From assembly GCA_964490325.1 (NCBI GenBank), contig CAZBBX010000003.1:25381-89380 (forward strand): DNA of 64,000 nt, written 5' to 3'. The stretch comes from an uncultured Oscillospiraceae bacterium (GTDB lineage Bacteria; Bacillota; Clostridia; Christensenellales; CAG-138). The position numbers and the translations under genes were made by a program. Below the pieces are notes generated by a model. The model did not search any database. It was not told where the DNA came from and was given only the letters and a program-made list of their open reading frames with translations. Shown piece by piece: positions 8,123 to 16,071 of the stretch (position 1 is its first letter; every line of letters starts with the position of its first letter).

Positions 8123-9799
8123 ATGTTAGAGAACGGAACGATCATCGACGGGAAATATGAGATCCTGAGCAAGGTCGGGCAGGGCGGCATGAGCATCGTC
8201 TATTTGGCGCTGAACAGGAAGGCAAACAAGCAGTGGGCGATCAAGGAGGTCCGCAAGGACGGCGTTAAGGACTTTGAGCTTGTGCGGCAAAGCTTGGTCG
8301 TCGAAACGGACATGCTCAAGCGCTTGAGCCACCCCAACCTGCCCAGCATCGTGGACATCATCGATGAGGACGGACGCTTTTTGATCGTCATGGACTACAT
8401 CGAGGGCAAGCCGCTCAGCGCGATCCTAAAGGAGTATGGGCCGCAGCCGCAGTCCTATGTTCTGGAATGGGCCATTCAGCTTTGCGATGTGCTGGAATAC
8501 CTGCACACCCGCAAGCCTCCCATCATCTATCGGGATATGAAGCCGTCCAACGTCATGCTCAAGCCTGACGGCACGGTGGTGCTCATAGACTTTGGAACGG
8601 CACGGGAGTATAAGGAGCGGAATGTCGCCGACACGACCTGCCTTGGCACACTGGGCTATGCCGCACCCGAACAGTTTGGCGGCCATGGTCAGACCGACGC
8701 CCGCACGGACGTCTACTGCTTGGGCGCAACGCTGTACCATCTGCTGACGGGCAAAAGCCCCGCTGAGCCGCCATACCAGATCAAACCGATCCGCGAGTGG
8801 AATCCGCAGCTCTCCAAGGGACTGGAGGCGATCATCCTGCAATGCACGGAGCAGGATCCCAGGAAGCGTTTCCAAAGCTGTGCCGAGCTGAAATATGCGT
8901 TAGAGCATTCCGAAGAGTACGATGCGGCCTACCAAAAGCAGCAGCGTAAAAAAGCCGTAACCTTCCTTGTCACCATGGGCTTAAGCGTGCTGTGCGGCGT
9001 ATCCGCCGTGCTGTGCCTATTTGGTCGAAACACGATGCGTGACAAAAACTATCAGGCGCTGATCGAAGCGGGTGAATATAAGCAGGCTATTGCCATGAAG
9101 CCCGAAACGATGGACGCCTATGAGGCGATGATACGCTCCTTCAAGACGGACGGTGCGTTCACAACGGAGGAGGAGAGGCAGCTCAATTCGGTCATCACCG
9201 CATCCACAGGCGGCTCGGGCATGCAGGCCACGGATCACGATGCGCTCATCCGCGTGGGCAAGTATGATGAGCTGGCCTTTGAGATCGGTATCCTGTACAG
9301 CTGCTATTATCAATACGGCGGGCAGGAGACCACACCCCTTGTCTGCTCGGCGCCTTGGTTTCGCATTGCATCCGATGAGGTGTACGGCAACGACAAACGG
9401 GAATTGGCATACCTCTACTATCAGCTGGCCGCCATCTATGAGGATTCGAGCAACGCCATCATCGAGGGACGGGAAGCCGAGGACTATACAAAGGCGTGGA
9501 CGACCATGACCAAGATCGTGCAGTATCTAAAAACGGACAAAAGCATCGGTACGTATCTGCGCCTGCAGTTATACTACGCCGTGCAGTACAGCATCTATAA
9601 GGACGCAAGCAAGCTTGCACAATACTTGGAGCAGGGAGACGTCAACACGCTCCTCGGCGAAATGGAGACCGCCGTTAAGGCATTGGATCTGAAGGAAGAG
9701 GCCACGATCGCCGCCAAGGATCGCTTTATGCAGCAGCTGCCCAAGACCAAGGAAAGCATTACCGTAGCATACGGAAAGCAGGGGGTGAACAACGGATGA
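8123..9799 (+). CDS. Hanks-type Ser/Thr protein kinase with TM and non-PASTA extracellular domain
   Basis: Kinase motifs are GQGGMSIVY, WAIKEV, YRDMKPSN, DFGTA and GTLGYAAPE. A TM (AVTFLVTMGLSVLCGVSAVLCLF) and a roughly 250-aa ectodomain with no PASTA repeats follow. The start is 1 nt after the phosphatase stop. Confidence 0.9.
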   Translation: MLENGTIIDGKYEILSKVGQGGMSIVYLALNRKANKQWAIKEVRKDGVKDFELVRQSLVVETDMLKRLSHPNLPSIVDIIDEDGRFLIVMDYIEGKPLSAILKEYGPQPQSYVLEWAIQLCDVLEYLHTRKPPIIYRDMKPSNVMLKPDGTVVLIDFGTAREYKERNVADTTCLGTLGYAAPEQFGGHGQTDARTDVYCLGATLYHLLTGKSPAEPPYQIKPIREWNPQLSKGLEAIILQCTEQDPRKRFQSCAELKYALEHSEEYDAAYQKQQRKKAVTFLVTMGLSVLCGVSAVLCLFGRNTMRDKNYQALIEAGEYKQAIAMKPETMDAYEAMIRSFKTDGAFTTEEERQLNSVITASTGGSGMQATDHDALIRVGKYDELAFEIGILYSCYYQYGGQETTPLVCSAPWFRIASDEVYGNDKRELAYLYYQLAAIYEDSSNAIIEGREAEDYTKAWTTMTKIVQYLKTDKSIGTYLRLQLYYAVQYSIYKDASKLAQYLEQGDVNTLLGEMETAVKALDLKEEATIAAKDRFMQQLPKTKESITVAYGKQGVNNG

Positions 9800-10530
9800 G
9801 CGCCGAAGCATTGCTGTCTCTGTACAATACCCTATTTATTCTGTGCCTCATACTGTGCGGCGCCTTCCTTATACTAAGCGTCTGCCTGTTCTTTTTCAAC
9901 AAGGTGGGGCAGGCGTTCAAGTTTTTGTCGGGCAGATCGGCAGCCAAGGCCATCGACAAGATCACCAGTGACAGCCGCATGATGGAACGTTCGCACGCGG
10001 CGAACCCCGAGGCGAACTCACGCCGCCTGAAGGGCGGTAACAGCGGTCGGATCGGCGGAAACAGCGGTCGGATCGACAGGCCGAACGTGGCGGGCTATTT
10101 CCAAAAGGCGGGGACGAATGCGGGGGAACGCGTTCAAGCGCCGGTAAAGCCGATCGCCCCGCAGGGCGAGGGAACGTATCCACCGCGCACAAAGCAGCCG
10201 ATCGCGCAGGGCGGGGAGGACGATGCGACTTGGAGCCTGCAGCAAGCGCCGCAAAGACCCGTGCAGCAACGGGACAACGCCGATACCATGCCGCTCCTAT
10301 CTAAAAACGTCTCGGCCGCGCCAAAGGAAGAAGGAGCAAGCGCCGTGGCAGGCTTGAAGGCGGTCATATCGCAAGCGCCGCCGAAGCCCCAAACAGGACC
10401 CGTGCATACGGCAGGGGCGGCAGGTGAGACGAGCGTCTTGGAAGAAAAAGGGGACGCACAGGAAAAGAAAAAGGGCTTTGTGTCCGTCAAGGACGTGCTG
10501 CTCACGGGAACGGAGGAACGGATCCCATGA
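9796..10530 (+). CDS. single-pass membrane protein with Pro/Gly/Gln-rich disordered tail
   Basis: Its start forms an ATGA overlap with the kinase stop. It has an N-terminal TM (LFILCLILCGAFLILSVCLFFF) and a low-complexity remainder. GC3-rich codons support coding. Confidence 0.65.
   Translation: MSAEALLSLYNTLFILCLILCGAFLILSVCLFFFNKVGQAFKFLSGRSAAKAIDKITSDSRMMERSHAANPEANSRRLKGGNSGRIGGNSGRIDRPNVAGYFQKAGTNAGERVQAPVKPIAPQGEGTYPPRTKQPIAQGGEDDATWSLQQAPQRPVQQRDNADTMPLLSKNVSAAPKEEGASAVAGLKAVISQAPPKPQTGPVHTAGAAGETSVLEEKGDAQEKKKGFVSVKDVLLTGTEERIP
10033..10074 (+). repeat. perfect-register 21-bp tandem duplication (2 copies, 1 mismatch) encoding GGNSGRI GGNSGRI
   Basis: GGCGGTAACAGCGGTCGGATC is directly followed by GGCGGAAACAGCGGTCGGATC. 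Confidence 0.9.
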
Positions 10531-11021
10531 CAAAGGGAGTAAAGCGGATCGGCGTAAAGGCGTGCCGAATTTGGTTTTTCTTAAGCGTACTCTGCCTGCT
10601 GCTCTCCTCGGCAGCCGTCATTTTGATCCCCTTTGTGACCTTTGATCAAACAAAGGGCAAGCCGCTTTACGCCTACCTCACAGGCGCGGCGATCTGGGGA
10701 TTTATGCTGCTCGGCTACGGACTGTTCATCGGGCTGGCCTGCGCAACAAAGCAACATCGCAAAAAGGGCGACAAGACCTGGGGCATTTTCCGCGTATTTT
10801 CAAACCCGGAGGCGACCGCGGCGGATCTACTGCTCCTGCTGAGCCTGATCGCCTTCGTACTGCTGTGTGTGCTGCGGTATCAAAACAGCTTACTCGTGTG
10901 CAGCACGCTTGCTGTCCTTCTGCTTTCACTGCACCTGCATGGGCTGCTGAACGGAAGGGTCTATCAAAGCATTCGCACAAGACCCATATTAAACCGTCAA
11001 TCGCATAAAAAAGAACAATAA
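10527..11021 (+). CDS. four-TM membrane protein, unknown function
   Basis: Its start forms an ATGA overlap with the upstream gene. It has four hydrophobic segments and a basic C-terminus. Confidence 0.65.
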   Translation: MTKGVKRIGVKACRIWFFLSVLCLLLSSAAVILIPFVTFDQTKGKPLYAYLTGAAIWGFMLLGYGLFIGLACATKQHRKKGDKTWGIFRVFSNPEATAADLLLLLSLIAFVLLCVLRYQNSLLVCSTLAVLLLSLHLHGLLNGRVYQSIRTRPILNRQSHKKEQ

Positions 11022-11050
11022 CAAAGGGATCAACAAAGGAGGGAAAGAGA

Positions 11051-14000
11051 ATGAAAGCTTCTTCAAACTGGGTCAGGTTGACCGCATGGCTGCTGGTACT
11101 GCTGCTTTGCGCCTGCCTGTTGCCGATCGATCGAACGGCTGAGGCGGCGGAGGGCGAAACGCATCGGGTAGCATTTGAGTGCAATTACTACGGGGAATAC
11201 AGAGGACCTGCCCTCACGTACACGGAGGGAACAGAATTGCAGCTGCCAAGCGCAGACAACGTTGTAAATGTACATGATAAGATGGAATTCACGGGTTGGT
11301 CGTTGAACAACGCTGTGATAACCGCCATCCCCGCGGACTATACAGTGGAACCCGGCGCACAGATAAAGATCGTTGCCACATGGAAGATCACGGCGGATGT
11401 GTTCACAAGTACCTATGATGGCAGCTGGACGAACAAAGCAATCGAGTTCCAAGCGGATAACGGCTTTATGATCAATCCTTCCTCCTATTTCGACGAAGGA
11501 GAGAAAGATCTCGTGATTAAACAGGACGTAATATATGCCCCGACAACGGTCGAAGACCGAAAGAGCAGCGTCCATGTCAAGATCGACCGGACCGCTCCCG
11601 ATATCAGCTGCGATGCGATCGATGGATGGAATACGGAGGCTGTAGACGTCACATTTACTGTTACGGATGCGCTTTCCGGCGTTGCAGAGGTAAAGGTGGA
11701 TGATGCTGTCGTTGAGAAAAACGATGCAAATGAATACTCGTTTACCGCAAATTTCCCCGGGGAAACGAGCTATACGATCACAGCAACGGATCTTGCAGGA
11801 AACGTAAAAACGCAAATAGTTCATGCTGCGTACGATCCGACCGAGGCGATACTGTCCATGGAAACACAGGAAGAGTGGACGAATGCTGAGAGCGTAAAGG
11901 TAGAAGTCAATCTGAGCGAGAAACCCTACAGCGGCGTTAGCGGCACTTGGAGGCGCGGCAGCGAAGAGGGAGAGCTCGAATTTTCGGGTGAGCATGGCGA
12001 GTGCAAGGCAAGCTTCTTTGTCACGGAAGAAGGAAGCATGGACGCGGAAGCCGAGGTCGAGACAGGCGCAGGCAAAAAGTATTCCGCAGCTGCCGCCGTC
12101 ATGATCGACAGAACAAAGCCTGTCATCAGCGCCGCAGCTTCCACGCAGCCCAATGCAAATGGCTGGTACAGCACGGCGCCCACCATTGAGGTAACGGCAA
12201 GCGATACCCCCGCAGAAGGGGTGACGGAATGCAGCGGCGTCGGCAAGATCGAGTTCACGGCAAACGTGGATCTGAGCGGTCATTGGGACGAGCTGGTTCT
12301 GACCGATCCAAAGTTCACGGCGAACAGGGAGGGCGTGCAGACCTACACCGTGCGTGCGGCGGACAAGGCAAATAACAGCGCGAGCACCACTGTTACGATC
12401 AAGCTGGACAGCGCCGTTCCAAAGATCAAGGTCACACCGTCTGAGACTACATGGACAAGCGGGGCAGTCGAGCTAACGGTCAAGCTCACGGAAAGCATGA
12501 TCAGCGGAAACGCGATCAATGGGACATATACCTATACGAAGCGTGACGGCAGCTTAGGCGGCGGAACATTCGTACTGGACGAGATGGGAGAAGCAACGAT
12601 CACCATCGATGAGGAATGCAACACGGATGTATGCTTCACCGTAACATCCAATGCAGGCGTCTCATCGGAGCAGGCCGCTGCAAAGGTGCAGATCGACCGC
12701 ACGGCTCCCGTCATCGACAGCATAACGATCGATGATGAGATCTTCACCATGGTGGGCGCGGTGTTCACCTTTAACACCATCATTACGCCGGACAGCTATC
12801 TGGCCATCGAGGCGCACGACGAGTGGGGCGAATTGGATCATGCGGAGCTGACCATAACAGGCGAACGGGATGGGGACGCCTATCCGCAGACCCGCAGCGC
12901 CGACTTTATCATGGTGCAGCATGTCCTGACGGCGACCTTCAAAGTCGACACGGATATCACGGGAACCTTCTGCTTTACAGCCTGCGATAAGGCAAACAAC
13001 AGCACGGCCTCCGCGAACAAGGAGAATATCGTGGCGGAGAGCTCCAACGCCGCACTGACGATCTCTACACCGATATGGAGGGACAGCCTTGAGGAATATG
13101 ACGGCGATCCTACAAAGACCGCCGCGGACTATCTTGTCGTCACCCTATCGGGACAGGCCTATTCCGGCATCAAAGAATACCTTTGGAGCAGCGAAGAGGG
13201 AGGGGCGTTTGTACCGCTGACGACGCTTGCGGAGAATAACGGGGATCCGTACTTCTACTCCGTGACCGTGGCGGGAGAGTCGAGCGACGAGTTCATCACG
13301 ACCGTTCCCTCTGTGACCATCACGTTCTGCATTCTCAAGGAGGCGAAGACCTTCTACTTTAAGACGATCAGCAACGCGGGACATGAATCGAGCGTACAAA
13401 GCGTCACGGTCCCTGCGGACGGTATCGCGCCTGTGGTAACGCTGGATTGGAGCGAGACCCATACCGCCGAGAGCACGGGCTTTGCGTACTACAACGCCGC
13501 AAGAACGCTGACGATCACGGTACAGGAGCACAACTTCGATCCCGAATCCTCCACGCTCAGCTTTACGGGGATGGATCAAAAGACAGGTGACGCAATCACC
13601 GCTTCCACGCTGAACTGGCAGCCTGTGGAGACCAGAGGCCCAAGCGATACGCTGAAGACCTATCGAGCCGAGTATACCTTTGGCGAGGGCGAATACACAG
13701 ATGTAGCCGTCAACGTTACGGATCTTGCGGGAAATTCTTGGACGCCGCAGCAGATCCGTCAGTTCATCGTTGACACGACCGCACCGATCATCAGCTTCGT
13801 GGAGACGACGGCCGTCGACGACGAGCCTGTGCCGCTGGGTGAAACCAACTACTACCATGCCGTTCGCAGCTATGTGATCGAGGTGGAGGATGCGAACTTC
13901 GATCCCTTTGCCGCTGCCGAAGGCTCCATGGTCAACGGAAAGTGGCAGCAGCTGACGGCAAGCTTCTTGGACGGCAGCACTGCGCCTGTAGAGGAGAGCT

Positions 14001-16012
14001 GGACAAAGGTCGAGGGCAAGCGCAACAGCTATCGCTGCAGCCTCAGCTTTGCCGAAGGCCGCTATATGGACGGCATTCGCTTGCAGCTGTACGATTATGC
14101 AACGAATGCTTCCAACATCTTGGAGGACAAGACGCCCTTCATCGTGGACATGACGGCGCCCAAGATCGCGATCAGCAGCGTCACTTCATCGCACCTTGCC
14201 GCGTTCAACGGCACTGAGACCTATTTCCATGCGCTGCCCTCGCTGGGCGTAACGGTCACCATCACCGACAATGTCTCGGGCGTGGGCTATGGCACGGTGC
14301 TGTCCCCTGCGGTCAGATACACCACGGCAAACACGGACGTCTTTACGGAAACTGCGCTTACGGAGAGCGATCCTCAGGCAAAGGTGGATATCTCCATCTC
14401 GGTTGCCGAGAACGCCTTGGGCAAGATCCTTGCAAACGCTTGGGACTGGAGCGGCATTCAGGCAACGCAGGCGGAGACGGCACAGTTTACCGTTGACAAC
14501 ACGACCCCCAGATGCACCGTAACGTTCAACGATGCATACGGCGAACACGACGGCAAGGATTACTACGGCAAGACGGAGGGTGAGATCACCATCTCCGTCA
14601 CGATCGAGGAGGTATTCTTTGATCAATCCAAGATCGAGCAGTCCCTGCAGCTGAACAACGGCGGCAGTGGCAAGCTGCTGTATTTCACGAACGACAGCAA
14701 CTGCCACTACGCCAAGATCACCCTCACGGACGATGGCGACTATCGTCTGTTCCTCAAGTATGTCGACTTTGCAGGGCATGCCTTAGCGGATTACGCATCG
14801 AACGTGAAGGTGCTGGACACCGTTGCACCAACGATCCGCATCACGGGTGTGAGCGACCGCACGGCGTATGCGGGAGACTGCACGCCAATCGTCACCTGCT
14901 TTGACAGGAACATGAACGAAGGCGCACTCAAGATCCTCTTCTCGGGCAAGAATCGCGGCGAGCTGACCCCAAGCGGCAGCTATACGAGCTATTCCGGCAC
15001 GGAGGCAGCGCATTTTGGTGCGGTGACGGGCAAGGTGTTCACCTTCGATCCCTTTGCCGATACCCGCGAGAACGACGACGTGTACACCCTGTCGGCCTCC
15101 TGCACGGACTATGCGGGCAACACGACCGATACGAGCAACACCCCTGCAACAACGCAGCTGAGCTTCTCCCTAAACCGCAACGGTTCCGTGTTCTACTACG
15201 AGAAGGAGTCCGAGGCGATCAATGGGACATACATCAATCAGGAGCAAACGCTGCTGCTGCACGAGATCAACGTGACCGACATTGAAACGACCAAGATCCT
15301 TGTTACGGGTTCGCTTAACAGCAGCGAGCTGACGGACGGCAATGGGTATGCGATGGAGGATCGCAGCGAAGCGGATGGCTGGAAGGAATATGTCTACAGC
15401 ATTAAGGACACCAACTTCACCAAGGAGGACAGCTATCAGGTCGTGGCGCGTTCCGAGGACGTGACCGAGCTGATCTATGAGAGTACCGATGAAGGACGCG
15501 GCGCAGAGCTTGACGCGGCAGGCAACGTGCTTGCCGAGGACAAGGGCGCAGACATGAATTTCACCGTTGACAAGACAGCGCCGCTGCTGATGTACATCGA
15601 CCTGTCCGATCAAAGCGATGAGAACCGTTCGCAGGGCGACAGCCGCATGGTACAGTTCCGCGTAAAGGACGACTGCAAGCTGGAGAAGATCATGCTGACG
15701 ATCAACGGGGAGACGCAGATCTTTACCGCGGATTCTCCCGAGATCACAGGCCAGTCCGCAAGGGAGTGGGAGCTGAGCTTCAACCTGAACGAGAGCAACA
15801 ACTGGCAGACCATCAACGTATCCATCAGCGATGCAGCAGGCAATACAAGCACCCTGATGCAGTATAAGGCACTGGTCACCAACAACGTTCTGGTGCAGTA
15901 CTTCTACAACAAGCCTCTGTTCTACGGGTCGATCGCAGGCGTTGTGGTGATCCTTGCTGCAGCCGCATGGATCGTCACAGCCCGCAAAAAGGCCAAGAAA
16001 GCAAAGGCATAA
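11051..16012 (+). CDS. 1,653-aa cell-surface Ig-like-domain repeat protein with C-terminal TM anchor
   Basis: An RBS AAAGGAGGG and the signal peptide MKASSNWVRLTAWLLVLLLCACLL open the gene. The N-terminus has a Listeria-Bacteroides-type repeat (VAFECN...FTGWSL). About 10 module boundaries carry a (I/V)D-x-T-A-P-x-I motif (KIDRTAPDI, MIDRTKPVI, QIDRTAPVI, VDTTAPII, VDMTAPKI, LDTVAPTI, VDKTAPLL and others). The C-terminus is a hydrophobic helix plus RKKAKKAKA. Confidence 0.85.
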   Translation: MKASSNWVRLTAWLLVLLLCACLLPIDRTAEAAEGETHRVAFECNYYGEYRGPALTYTEGTELQLPSADNVVNVHDKMEFTGWSLNNAVITAIPADYTVEPGAQIKIVATWKITADVFTSTYDGSWTNKAIEFQADNGFMINPSSYFDEGEKDLVIKQDVIYAPTTVEDRKSSVHVKIDRTAPDISCDAIDGWNTEAVDVTFTVTDALSGVAEVKVDDAVVEKNDANEYSFTANFPGETSYTITATDLAGNVKTQIVHAAYDPTEAILSMETQEEWTNAESVKVEVNLSEKPYSGVSGTWRRGSEEGELEFSGEHGECKASFFVTEEGSMDAEAEVETGAGKKYSAAAAVMIDRTKPVISAAASTQPNANGWYSTAPTIEVTASDTPAEGVTECSGVGKIEFTANVDLSGHWDELVLTDPKFTANREGVQTYTVRAADKANNSASTTVTIKLDSAVPKIKVTPSETTWTSGAVELTVKLTESMISGNAINGTYTYTKRDGSLGGGTFVLDEMGEATITIDEECNTDVCFTVTSNAGVSSEQAAAKVQIDRTAPVIDSITIDDEIFTMVGAVFTFNTIITPDSYLAIEAHDEWGELDHAELTITGERDGDAYPQTRSADFIMVQHVLTATFKVDTDITGTFCFTACDKANNSTASANKENIVAESSNAALTISTPIWRDSLEEYDGDPTKTAADYLVVTLSGQAYSGIKEYLWSSEEGGAFVPLTTLAENNGDPYFYSVTVAGESSDEFITTVPSVTITFCILKEAKTFYFKTISNAGHESSVQSVTVPADGIAPVVTLDWSETHTAESTGFAYYNAARTLTITVQEHNFDPESSTLSFTGMDQKTGDAITASTLNWQPVETRGPSDTLKTYRAEYTFGEGEYTDVAVNVTDLAGNSWTPQQIRQFIVDTTAPIISFVETTAVDDEPVPLGETNYYHAVRSYVIEVEDANFDPFAAAEGSMVNGKWQQLTASFLDGSTAPVEESWTKVEGKRNSYRCSLSFAEGRYMDGIRLQLYDYATNASNILEDKTPFIVDMTAPKIAISSVTSSHLAAFNGTETYFHALPSLGVTVTITDNVSGVGYGTVLSPAVRYTTANTDVFTETALTESDPQAKVDISISVAENALGKILANAWDWSGIQATQAETAQFTVDNTTPRCTVTFNDAYGEHDGKDYYGKTEGEITISVTIEEVFFDQSKIEQSLQLNNGGSGKLLYFTNDSNCHYAKITLTDDGDYRLFLKYVDFAGHALADYASNVKVLDTVAPTIRITGVSDRTAYAGDCTPIVTCFDRNMNEGALKILFSGKNRGELTPSGSYTSYSGTEAAHFGAVTGKVFTFDPFADTRENDDVYTLSASCTDYAGNTTDTSNTPATTQLSFSLNRNGSVFYYEKESEAINGTYINQEQTLLLHEINVTDIETTKILVTGSLNSSELTDGNGYAMEDRSEADGWKEYVYSIKDTNFTKEDSYQVVARSEDVTELIYESTDEGRGAELDAAGNVLAEDKGADMNFTVDKTAPLLMYIDLSDQSDENRSQGDSRMVQFRVKDDCKLEKIMLTINGETQIFTADSPEITGQSAREWELSFNLNESNNWQTINVSISDAAGNTSTLMQYKALVTNNVLVQYFYNKPLFYGSIAGVVVILAAAAWIVTARKKAKKAKA

Positions 16013-16023
16013 GCAAGCAAGGG

Positions 16024-16055
16024 GAGGGGCTTACCTCGCGTAAGCCCCTCTTTTT
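16024..16055 (+). terminator. strong intrinsic terminator directly after the giant surface-protein gene
   Basis: GAGGGGCTTAC / GTAAGCCCCTC form a perfect 11-bp stem with a 5-nt loop, followed by TTTTT. The next ATG is only 16 nt further on. Confidence 0.75.
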
Positions 16056-16071
16056 AGGATGGGATGTGTGA

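Noticed and set aside
6829-8196. 455-aa minus-strand ORF across the FHA and PP2C genes
   Set aside because: It is antisense to two genes with clear catalytic motifs, has no RBS, and its composition is an antisense-frame artefact.
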